This document shows positions 40,289-49,354 of a stretch of 64,000 nucleotides of DNA, piece by piece. The stretch lies in contig JACPKL010000005.1 in the NCBI GenBank assembly GCA_016187035.1, positions 135,150 through 199,149 of the forward strand. Reading direction: 5' to 3'. The notes under the pieces were generated by a model. The model made no database searches and was not told the DNA's origin. It saw nothing but the letters and a program-made list of their open reading frames with translations. The stretch comes from Candidatus Daviesbacteria bacterium. GTDB lineage: Bacteria; Patescibacteriota; Microgenomatia; Daviesbacterales; UBA10151. Position 1 is the first letter of the stretch, and each line of letters starts with the position of its first letter. The translations under genes and the position numbers were made by a program.

Positions 40289-42130
40289 TTATTTTATATG
40301 CTTGTCAATTTTTTCTAAAATTTCTTCTTTTATATCAAAGATATCACGTTTTTGTAATTTAAATGCATAAAAGTTCTCCAAGGAGAAAAAATTATCTCCG
40401 CCATTGAAATATTTATACAAAAAGCCTTCTTTTTCCTCTAAAGTAGTATAGCTTGAAAGAAGTTTTGCTTCATCGTTAATCAGCAGTGCAACTGGACACG
40501 GTTTTTTTGAATTATAAGGGCTGTACAGGCTATACCATCTGTCAAATCTGTCAATCATAATAAAACTATAGTTTAATCCATTTTGTTCATTGGGTATTGT
40601 TTCAAGGAAGAAAAAATTATTACATGGAGTAGTATCATCCTTCAGGAAACTCCAGAACTTATCTTTAATAGAGACTTGATCTGAGGCTTTATTTCCATAA
40701 TCCATATTTGCTTTCAGATAAGTCTGTATTTGGTTATTGCTGTAAAAAAAATATAATACAAGAATCAAAAAAACAAAAGGAGCAAGGATTTTTGAAAACG
40801 GTTCCTGGTTTTTAATCCGTTTATAAGTCAAAACTACAATCATGGATATTGCTACAGAGACACCCATAGAAGGTATAGTTGAATACCCGTATATTCCCAT
40901 TGGTATGTGGACCAAAGAATATACAATCCAAGTTAGCAAAACAGAAGTGATTGAAAAGGTGATACCAAGAAGATAGAGAATCAATAACTTGTTTTGTTTG
41001 TTATTTAGCCATTCAATAAAAATAAATATAGTTAAGGTTGTAATATAAACTCCCAAAACTGCTGTAGGCGTAAAAGTGTAAGGGTCATAAGTCATTTTTA
41101 GATGGTCGGGTAAATTTTTGCCTATATCTATAAAAAGAAAAATTAATAACTCGGCAATGAAATTAGCCACGAAAACACCCAGAAAAAATTTTAACGGCTT
41201 TTTGGATAAAATTTTTGAAAGAATCATAGTAGCGACCCCAAAAAATATTAATGGTCCTCCTAAGAAATAGTTAATGAAGTCAGATAAAGCCCAAGTTGGT
41301 GAACTAAGGAATTTTAAGCTATCATTTTGTAAAAAAAGACTGCCAAATGAGCTAAAAGGTGCTAGGAGCATTTGCAGATTTCCCGCAGAAATTTTTTGCA
41401 TAATAGCTATAGGATTGCCAGGAGAGGCTCTACCGCTGCCTGTTAGAATAAAAAATAAAATGAGTAAAGAAAAGAATACGAATAAATGCTTGGTGACTCT
41501 ATAAAAGTTTGACCAAGTCCTTTTTGTTAAAAAAATAGCAACTCCTAGAAAAAAAATAAATGGTAATAAGGAATAAGCCCGGGCCGGATTAATAAGGAAG
41601 GTAAGAAATAACACCATGGAACAAGAGATAGACCATAAGATATCTCTGAGTTTATCAGTGAAAATCAAGTAAAAAAGTATGAAAAAAATATTCAATCCAG
41701 TGATAAGTAAATAATCTTGGGTTCTTGTCACCATTTCCATGGAGCCAAATGAACCGTAATGAAAAGAGTAAATGATTCCTGATATATAAGATAATAAACG
41801 ATTTTTAAATATAACCTGGATTAGGATATATAAGCTAATGATTGATAGGATTTTAAAAAATAAACTGGCTATATGATAAGTTTGGTAGTTAAAGCCAAAT
41901 AAGCTAAACATGATACCACCGTAATAAAGATGTGGAGTTTGATAGATTCCAGTATTTTGCCAAGCCTGACTTAATTTGGAAAATGGTGATCCAAGAATTA
42001 GAAAATCAGAAAAAAACCGTACATCATCTGGAGAAAAACCAAATTCAAGATGTGGTTTTAAAATTAATATTTGAGAGAAGCTTATTATTAAAATGAATAT
42101 TGATAAAAGAAATAATTCTTTTTTAATCAT
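40289..42130 (-). CDS. Multi-TM GT-C-like protein, family B
   Basis: FGFSPDD, AGNLQML and FFSLENFYAF. Confidence 0.68.
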   Translation of the reverse strand: MIKKELFLLSIFILIISFSQILILKPHLEFGFSPDDVRFFSDFLILGSPFSKLSQAWQNTGIYQTPHLYYGGIMFSLFGFNYQTYHIASLFFKILSIISLYILIQVIFKNRLLSYISGIIYSFHYGSFGSMEMVTRTQDYLLITGLNIFFILFYLIFTDKLRDILWSISCSMVLFLTFLINPARAYSLLPFIFFLGVAIFLTKRTWSNFYRVTKHLFVFFSLLILFFILTGSGRASPGNPIAIMQKISAGNLQMLLAPFSSFGSLFLQNDSLKFLSSPTWALSDFINYFLGGPLIFFGVATMILSKILSKKPLKFFLGVFVANFIAELLIFLFIDIGKNLPDHLKMTYDPYTFTPTAVLGVYITTLTIFIFIEWLNNKQNKLLILYLLGITFSITSVLLTWIVYSLVHIPMGIYGYSTIPSMGVSVAISMIVVLTYKRIKNQEPFSKILAPFVFLILVLYFFYSNNQIQTYLKANMDYGNKASDQVSIKDKFWSFLKDDTTPCNNFFFLETIPNEQNGLNYSFIMIDRFDRWYSLYSPYNSKKPCPVALLINDEAKLLSSYTTLEEKEGFLYKYFNGGDNFFSLENFYAFKLQKRDIFDIKEEILEKIDKHIK

Positions 42131-42189
42131 GGATTATTATTCTAGCCGACTCTATAATAGTATTAAATTTTAAAAGAAGCAATGTAGAT

Positions 42190-43071
42190 ATGAAGACAGT
42201 TTTATTATTTGGCGGCAGTGGTTTAGTTGGGTCTGGGATAAAGCAACTTTTATCTGATAGATATCGAATAATAGCTCCTGCTCATGACGAAGTGGATGTA
42301 ATCAGAAGCGATCATGTAACTGCGATTATTGAACAAATTCAACCGAATAATATTATCTATGCCGTTGGTTTGGCTAGTATTGATAGGGCAGAACAAGAGC
42401 CTGAGCTGGCAAACTTATTAAATGTTAAGGCACCTGCTCTTGTTGCAAAAGTAGCAGCATCTTTTGGTATACCCCTTTTATATTTTTCTACAAATGCAGT
42501 TTTTGACGGAACAAAGAAAAATAGACCTTATAAGGAAACTGATAAGACCAATCCTAAATCAGGATATGGTAAATCCAAATTAATGGGTGAACAAATAGTT
42601 ATGAATATTTCAGACAAAAATTATGTAGTCAGGTTTATAATGCCATACCCGACAACTCCTCACAAAAGAAAGAATTTCACCTGGACTATTTTAGATGCTT
42701 TTAAAGAAGGAAAAGAGATCTATGGTATTACAGATCAAGTAATAAATCCAATATGCGTTAGTGATATTGCTGAGGCAGTGCATGCTCTAATAGCAACTGG
42801 CGCTGGTGGAATTTATCACCTAGGGGCAACTGATTATGTTACGAATATAGAGTTTATCAAAAAATTAGCCAGAATTTTTAATTTTAATTTTAATCTAATA
42901 AAAGAAATATCCTTTGAAGAATTTTTTAGAGGTAAAAAAGCTCCTAGAACTAAATTTTGCTGGTTAGATACCCTCAAGATAAGAAAAAAAATTGGAAATA
43001 ATATACTTCATACTATAGATGAAGGGATTTTGCTTTTCAAAAAGAATTTGGAAAAAGATACTAACTCCTGA
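42190..43071 (+). CDS. rmlD: dTDP-4-dehydrorhamnose reductase-like protein
   Basis: GGSGLVG, AEQEP...LN, STNAVFDG, YGKSKLMGE and DQ..NP. Confidence 0.8.
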   Translation: MKTVLLFGGSGLVGSGIKQLLSDRYRIIAPAHDEVDVIRSDHVTAIIEQIQPNNIIYAVGLASIDRAEQEPELANLLNVKAPALVAKVAASFGIPLLYFSTNAVFDGTKKNRPYKETDKTNPKSGYGKSKLMGEQIVMNISDKNYVVRFIMPYPTTPHKRKNFTWTILDAFKEGKEIYGITDQVINPICVSDIAEAVHALIATGAGGIYHLGATDYVTNIEFIKKLARIFNFNFNLIKEISFEEFFRGKKAPRTKFCWLDTLKIRKKIGNNILHTIDEGILLFKKNLEKDTNS

Positions 43072-43777
43072 TTAGTCTTTGAGTAATACCCCAACCATAC
43101 CAATATATATATCTTGGTAGCCATTTATAGAGCTTAAATTTTGATTTTCCGGATGATCTTTCTTTCCATGTAGAGGGGGTTTCTGTAATTTTAAAACCCA
43201 TGAAATGAGCTTTGATTAATATTTCCATAGCGAATTCCCAACCCCCTTGAGATTCAATACCGATTTTATCTAGAAGTGAGTTTCTATACAGTTTAAACCC
43301 GTTAGTTAAATCAGAAGTAGGTATACCTAAAAGTACGGGGGTTGTCAGTCCTGCAATTCTTGAGAGAACAGTTTTCATAAATCCTCCTCCTAACTGTTTT
43401 CCTCCTTTAGAATAACGTGTTCCACAAACAATATCATAGCCTTGTTTTGCTAATTTATACATATTATTAATTGCTTTAGGATCATCTGCTAAGTCGCCCG
43501 GCATTACAACAATAAAGTTGCCTTTTGCTTTTTTAAATCCGGTTTTACAAGCGTTAATTAAACCTCTTCCTAAATTATTTTTTATTAGCCTAATATTTGA
43601 AAATTTATGCTGTAGTTTTTTTGCAACTGGTACAGTATCATCCTGGTCAAAGTCATATACAATAATTATTTCATGCTTGATTTTTATTGCTCTTTCAAGC
43701 GTTTGAAGAAAAAGTGTTATATTTGAGCCTTCATTTAAAACTGGGACAATGATACTGATAGGAAGTTTTGAATACAT
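43061..43777 (-). CDS. GT2 polyprenol-phosphate glycosyltransferase (DPM1-like)
   Basis: PVLNE, GTRY..GG, DLTNGFK and ER..GKSKF. Confidence 0.85.
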   Translation of the reverse strand: MYSKLPISIIVPVLNEGSNITLFLQTLERAIKIKHEIIIVYDFDQDDTVPVAKKLQHKFSNIRLIKNNLGRGLINACKTGFKKAKGNFIVVMPGDLADDPKAINNMYKLAKQGYDIVCGTRYSKGGKQLGGGFMKTVLSRIAGLTTPVLLGIPTSDLTNGFKLYRNSLLDKIGIESQGGWEFAMEILIKAHFMGFKITETPSTWKERSSGKSKFKLYKWLPRYIYWYGWGITQRLIRS

Positions 43778-43891
43778 GAAAGATTTTTATAAACTTAAGT
43801 TATAATTATAATTACACATCACACATCTATAATGAATTGGCAAAGGATTTAAAGATGACAGTATTTTCATACCCTATATAATAAGACAAAA

Positions 43892-45781
43892 ATGAAGAGT
43901 TTACTAGATAAAAAGAATTTACTCGTAATATCATTTTTACTTTCATTAACGATCCTTTTAAACGGATTAGTTTTTTTAAATCAACTAAATTACGGTTTTA
44001 GAGATGTCGATTGGCAGGTACTTTATTATTTTAAACTTTTTGGCAAATTATCTTTAAATCATTTATTAAAAGAAATTCAAGTTTTGGGAGTATATATTAC
44101 AGAATCATATTACGTAGGGTTTCTTGAGCAGTTAATAGGTTTGGATTTTTCGCGTTTGCATCTTGTAACTCAGCTTCTCAAGGTAATATCTGCAATTTCT
44201 GTCTATTTAGCAGTTTTAACAATCTTCAAAAAGAAATTGCTGGCATTTATAACCAGTCTGATTTATACAATTTCATATACACATGCGGGAGTGCTTTTTC
44301 AGCTTTCTTCTGGAGGATATTTCTTAGCCACAATTTTTATGAATTTATTTTTAATCTCATATTATAAAAGTTTTCATTATAGGAAAATCAACGAATTTCT
44401 GATTTCCATTATTTTACTCATTGTAACATTTATACTGAAACCAGAGAGAATGTATCCTCTAATTATTCTTATTTCCATTATTGAATTATTTGTTATTATT
44501 TTAGGCAAATTTAAAAAGGAGAGACTGGTTATTTTTTTGCCACTCATTATTCTTTATCCTTTTTATTTTTTATTGTTTTCAAAGGGAATACCTAGTGGTT
44601 TTGCTCCAGGTCAATTCCTTTTGGGTGCAACTGTCAAAATTAAAGGTATTTTAAATGGGAATCTACAGCTATTATTAGAACCTTTTGCTTCCTTAGGGAG
44701 TATCTTTTTATATGGTGAATACTGGAAAATGCTGGGCCAGTTAAATTTCCAGGATTTTCCACAATTTATATCTTCTTTAATATTCGGTCCTATTCTTAGA
44801 TTAGGGTTTATATCGTTAGTGCCCTTTTTTGTTATTGGTAAAAAATCTCTTAAGTTAATATTTAATATTTTAGTATCAGTGTTGCTGTTTGGAATAATAG
44901 TTTATTTATTTAATTTTAATTGGCAACATTTGGTAACACCAACACGTATTCACTTTGACCCAAACTTGATTGCAATACCATCTATCTTAGGTTTCTATGT
45001 TTTAGTCCTAAATTGCATGCTTCTTATTGATTGGTTAAAAAACAAAGATCGAATATTAATCCCGCCAATACTTGGTATTGCTTTCTCCTTCTTATTTATT
45101 TTATTAACTTGGATTTCCTCAGATATATTATTAATATTCATGGGTCCGCAAAGGTATTTAAGTATCCCATCAATCGGAACCAGCATTTTTATTTCAGGGT
45201 TTTTGGTTATAGCTTTTGATAGATTAAAAAAAATAAAATTTACTAAACAATTTAGCTGGATTATATTTTTATTTTTGGTGCCGCTATTTATTATCAACTA
45301 CCAAGTAGCGAATAAGTTTTTTGAAGATGAGTTAAATTTTGCTGGAGCAAAAGGGATAGATCAAACTAGAATGAAAAATAAATTACGTTTGCTGATGAGA
45401 GGGATAGATACACAAGATAAATCTTTATTTTATTTTGATGAAACTCAAGACCGAAATAATGCGTACTTTAATGAGGGAACAGTATTAGCGGGGTTTGAAT
45501 ATTGGACGAAATTGAACGAAGATGGGACTCTGAATGATTTACCTACACCGGGAATGATAAGAAGCACTCGTCAATGTCCAGAGCATACCCACCTAAGTTG
45601 TATAAAAGTTTTAAAGGATGGATTAAGGATCGAGAATGGAGATAAAGGGGTTTGGTATGCAGATTCAATTCGAGGTAATATACCAAATTTTTATAAACTA
45701 AATAATTTTCATGCATATAGGTTTATTAACAAGGATATTATTGATATTAGGGATGAGGTTTTAAGAGAAGTGGGTTTATGA
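43892..45781 (+). CDS. Multi-TM GT-C-like protein, family B
   Basis: YGFRDVDW, ERMYP, NGNLQL, RYLSIP and FYKLNNFHAY. Confidence 0.68.
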   Translation: MKSLLDKKNLLVISFLLSLTILLNGLVFLNQLNYGFRDVDWQVLYYFKLFGKLSLNHLLKEIQVLGVYITESYYVGFLEQLIGLDFSRLHLVTQLLKVISAISVYLAVLTIFKKKLLAFITSLIYTISYTHAGVLFQLSSGGYFLATIFMNLFLISYYKSFHYRKINEFLISIILLIVTFILKPERMYPLIILISIIELFVIILGKFKKERLVIFLPLIILYPFYFLLFSKGIPSGFAPGQFLLGATVKIKGILNGNLQLLLEPFASLGSIFLYGEYWKMLGQLNFQDFPQFISSLIFGPILRLGFISLVPFFVIGKKSLKLIFNILVSVLLFGIIVYLFNFNWQHLVTPTRIHFDPNLIAIPSILGFYVLVLNCMLLIDWLKNKDRILIPPILGIAFSFLFILLTWISSDILLIFMGPQRYLSIPSIGTSIFISGFLVIAFDRLKKIKFTKQFSWIIFLFLVPLFIINYQVANKFFEDELNFAGAKGIDQTRMKNKLRLLMRGIDTQDKSLFYFDETQDRNNAYFNEGTVLAGFEYWTKLNEDGTLNDLPTPGMIRSTRQCPEHTHLSCIKVLKDGLRIENGDKGVWYADSIRGNIPNFYKLNNFHAYRFINKDIIDIRDEVLREVGL

Positions 45782-45804
45782 TATGATCTTGGGCGTTTAA
45801 TAAT

Positions 45805-47121
45805 ATGCTAACAAAAAATAATACAATTTATGATGTGGTTATTATAGGTGGACTTGGGCATGTTGGTCTTCCGTTAGGGATTGCTTTTGCCGAAAAGGGT
45901 CTTAAGGTATGTTTGTATGATATTGATAAAAATAATGGTGAAATGGTTAAAAAAGGTCAGATGCCTTTTATAGAGTATGGAGCGCAGGAAATATTGGAGA
46001 AGGTTTTAAAGGCTGAAAAATTATTTATATCCTTTGATACTAAAGATATTTCTAAATCTAAATACGTAATAGTGACCATTGGTACTCCGGTGGATGAGCA
46101 TTTAACTCCTAGAACTAGAGCTTTTTTGGAGTTTTTTGAAAGCATAAGAGAGTATTTAACTTCAAGCCAAATAATAATTGTCAGGAGTACAGTTTACCCC
46201 AATACTTGTGAGCAATTATTAAGAATGCTTAGTAATGGCAAAAGCTGGCATATAGCATATTGTCCTGAGCGTATTACACAAGGTTATGCAATTAAGGAGT
46301 TGAGAGAACTTCCACAGGTTATTGCCGGATTAAGTGATCACGCAATAAACAGTGCAGCTGCTTTGTTTAGCCTAATTGCTCCCAAAATTATTAAAACATC
46401 AATGGGAGAGGCAGAACTGGTTAAGTTGTTTTCAAATGCTTGGAGGTATATTCAATTCTCCATGGCGAACCAATTCTATATGATTTCACATAAATTTGGA
46501 GTTGATTATGAAAGAGTGAGATGGGCTATGAAAGAGGGTTATGAAAGAGCTGCTAATCTCCCATCAGCAGGGTTTGCAGCAGGACCATGTCTTTTAAAAG
46601 ATACTATGCAGCTGGCAGCATTTGATGTGAATAATTTTTTGTTGGGACATGCTGCTATGATGGTTAACGAAGGCCTACCAAATTTCATTGTCGAAAATTT
46701 AAAAAAGAGATATGATTTATCCGAAAAAAAGGTAGGAATTCTAGGCATGGCTTTTAAAGCAGATATTGATGATACTAGAGATTCTTTATCATATAAGCTT
46801 GGCAAGATATTAAGATTTAATGGTGCTCAGGTTTATTATTCGGATGAATTTGCCAAAAACCCAACATTTATTTCTAAAGAGAAATTAATCGAAAATAGCG
46901 ATGTAATAATTGTTGCTATTCCTCATTCTAATTATAAAGGTATTGTTATTCCGGAAAGCAAAGAGGTAGTTGATTTATGGGGTATTGTTAAGGGTGGCAA
47001 AAGAGAGCTTCCTCAAGGATACATTGCCTCAGAATATACTTCAGTAAATTTTTTTAATTCCGCATTTTCGCAAACTGTTCGAATAAATAAACCCCTTAAA
47101 AATAAAAAATTTCTTAGATGA
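45805..47121 (+). CDS. Nucleotide-sugar dehydrogenase (WecC/WbpO-like)
   Basis: GLGHVGLP, IGTP, RSTV, CPER, AGPCLLKD and GMAFK. Confidence 0.88.
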   Translation: MLTKNNTIYDVVIIGGLGHVGLPLGIAFAEKGLKVCLYDIDKNNGEMVKKGQMPFIEYGAQEILEKVLKAEKLFISFDTKDISKSKYVIVTIGTPVDEHLTPRTRAFLEFFESIREYLTSSQIIIVRSTVYPNTCEQLLRMLSNGKSWHIAYCPERITQGYAIKELRELPQVIAGLSDHAINSAAALFSLIAPKIIKTSMGEAELVKLFSNAWRYIQFSMANQFYMISHKFGVDYERVRWAMKEGYERAANLPSAGFAAGPCLLKDTMQLAAFDVNNFLLGHAAMMVNEGLPNFIVENLKKRYDLSEKKVGILGMAFKADIDDTRDSLSYKLGKILRFNGAQVYYSDEFAKNPTFISKEKLIENSDVIIVAIPHSNYKGIVIPESKEVVDLWGIVKGGKRELPQGYIASEYTSVNFFNSAFSQTVRINKPLKNKKFLR

Positions 47122-48095
47122 ATAAAAAATTTTTAGTTACAGGTGGCACAGGTTTTATTGGTAGCGCTATTGTTAAATCCTTGATCAAAACAGGTTACTT
47201 TGTCAAAGTTTTAGATAATCAATCCAGAGGATCAAATAGGAGATTAAAAGAAGTTGAAGGAAGGTTTGAAATGATCAAGGGAGATATTAGAAATATGAAT
47301 ACAGTACAAAGAGCTTGTAAGGGAATAGATAGTGTGATTCATCTTGCCTATATTAATGGGACAGAGTTTTTCTACACAAAACCAGAATTGGTTTTAGAGG
47401 TGGGGGTTAAAGGAATGATGAATGTTCTGGATGCTTGTATTAGCAACAATATTGAAGAAATCCTTCTTGCATCCAGTTCGGAAGTTTACCAAACACCAGC
47501 AGTAATACCGACTTCTGAAACAGTTCCGCTAACAGTTCCTGACCCACTGAATTCCAGATACTCTTATGGAGGAGGAAAAATCATTTCTGAGCTTTTAACA
47601 ATAAATTATGGTAGAAAGTATTTTAGAAAGGCAATTATTTTTAGACCACATAATGTATATGGTTCTGATATGGGGTGGGAGCATGTAATACCACAGTTAA
47701 CTCTTAGAGTTAGAAAATTAGTTAAAGATAGTAAAGTTATTAATTTACCTATTCAGGGAACCGGAAAAGAGACCAGAGCATTTATTTATATTGATGATTT
47801 TGTGACAGGATTTAATAAAATTTTACAAAAAGGAAAGCATCTTGAGATATATAATATTGGAGTAATGGAAGAAACCTCCATTCAAGAATTAATTTTGGAA
47901 ATTGGGAAAATTTATGGTATAAAAATCAAAATTGTTCCTGGCAAATTAACTCCCGGAAGTACTCAAAGAAGATGTCCTGATATTTCTAAATTAAAGAAAT
48001 TGGGTTTTAAACCAAAATTTGATTTAGTGATGGGTTTACAAGAAACAATCCAATGGTATAATGACTTCGCCCATTTACAATTTAAAAATGACTAA
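47118..48095 (+). CDS. NAD-dependent epimerase/decarboxylase (extended SDR)
   Basis: TGGTGFIG, SSSEVY, RYSYGGGK, RPHNVYG, HVIP and RRCPD. Confidence 0.85.
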   Translation: MNKKFLVTGGTGFIGSAIVKSLIKTGYFVKVLDNQSRGSNRRLKEVEGRFEMIKGDIRNMNTVQRACKGIDSVIHLAYINGTEFFYTKPELVLEVGVKGMMNVLDACISNNIEEILLASSSEVYQTPAVIPTSETVPLTVPDPLNSRYSYGGGKIISELLTINYGRKYFRKAIIFRPHNVYGSDMGWEHVIPQLTLRVRKLVKDSKVINLPIQGTGKETRAFIYIDDFVTGFNKILQKGKHLEIYNIGVMEETSIQELILEIGKIYGIKIKIVPGKLTPGSTQRRCPDISKLKKLGFKPKFDLVMGLQETIQWYNDFAHLQFKND

Positions 48096-49353
48096 AGGAT
48101 TGAAATCTGTTTTTGGTACAGGAAACAGTTTAGTAATAGCAGAGTGTCAGATCTGTGGCAGCAGTAATTTAAAATCTATTTTATTCCTCGGGTATCTTCC
48201 CCCGGTTAATCAGTTGCATCCGATCGGCGCAAAACCTAAAGAGCAACCCAGTTATCCGGCCCAGCTTTTATATTGTTCTAAGTGTCATTTAGTACAACTG
48301 GGATTAGCAGTAGACCCTCAAATAATTTTTCCCAAGGAATATCCGTACACCAGCGGTACCACAAAAGTATTAAGAGATAATTTTGCCGATCTTGGGAAAG
48401 AAGTAAGAAAATTGATTGGTCTGAAGCCAGATGATCTAGTTGTTGATATCGGTAGCAATGACGGTACGCTACTTAGTAACTTTGTCCAACATGCTAAGGT
48501 TTTAGGAATTACCCCCGAGAATATTGGTAAATTGGCAATTGCTAAAGGTATTCCAACGGTACTTGATTATTTCAGAATCGAAGTAGTTGAACAAGTTAAA
48601 AAGGAGTATGGCAAAGCAAAAATTGTTACTGCGGCAAATGTTTTTGCCCATATAGAAAACGTTAACGAAGTGTTAGATAATATAATTTCACTTTTAAGAT
48701 CTGACGGTGTATTTATTTCAGAATCTCATTATCTTTACCCGCTGATTAAAACGGTTCAGTATGACACTATTTATCATGAGCATTTAAGATACTATTCTCT
48801 AATCAGTCTAAAGTATTTATTAAAAAGGCATGGTTTGGAAATTTTCCACATCAAGCAAATTCCTTCCCACGGGGGGTCAATCAGAGTATATGCAGCTAGG
48901 CTAGGTATCTATAAGAAAGACAAAAGTGTTTCCGAAATGCTACAAAAGGAAAAAGAGGCAGTAACCAATATAAGCAATTTACTAAAATTTAAAGATAAAG
49001 TTGTATTATCTAAATTAGGATTACAAAAGATTCTCCTTGATATAAAGAAAAAGAAAAAGAGAATCTTTGGAGTAAGTGCTCCTTCCAGAGCGAGTACTTT
49101 AATTAATTACTTAAGGTTGGATCAGGATATTTTAGATTGCGTGGTAGAAATAAAAGGCTCTTATAAGATTGGTAAATATATCCCAGGAACTTTAATTCCC
49201 ATTCTTGATGAGCAGGAATTATTTAATAAGCAGCCTGATTATGCCTTGCTTTTATCCTGGCATATTGCTGAAGAATTAATACCAAAATTAAAAAGTAAGG
49301 GATTTAAAGGAAAATTTATTATCCCATTGCCAAAGCCTAGAATTGTCAGATAA
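48088..49353 (+). CDS. NDP-sugar C-methyltransferase (second copy)
   Basis: CQIC, CSKC, YPYTS, DIGSNDG, YDTIYHEH, HGGSIR and LSWH. Confidence 0.88.
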   Translation: MTKGLKSVFGTGNSLVIAECQICGSSNLKSILFLGYLPPVNQLHPIGAKPKEQPSYPAQLLYCSKCHLVQLGLAVDPQIIFPKEYPYTSGTTKVLRDNFADLGKEVRKLIGLKPDDLVVDIGSNDGTLLSNFVQHAKVLGITPENIGKLAIAKGIPTVLDYFRIEVVEQVKKEYGKAKIVTAANVFAHIENVNEVLDNIISLLRSDGVFISESHYLYPLIKTVQYDTIYHEHLRYYSLISLKYLLKRHGLEIFHIKQIPSHGGSIRVYAARLGIYKKDKSVSEMLQKEKEAVTNISNLLKFKDKVVLSKLGLQKILLDIKKKKKRIFGVSAPSRASTLINYLRLDQDILDCVVEIKGSYKIGKYIPGTLIPILDEQELFNKQPDYALLLSWHIAEELIPKLKSKGFKGKFIIPLPKPRIVR

Positions 49354-49354
49354 A

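Noticed and set aside
46990..47121. About 40-aa C-terminal tail on the WecC-like dehydrogenase (similar tail on the GT4 at 5943)
   Set aside because: Probably stop-codon drift into intergenic DNA; no motif supports a function.
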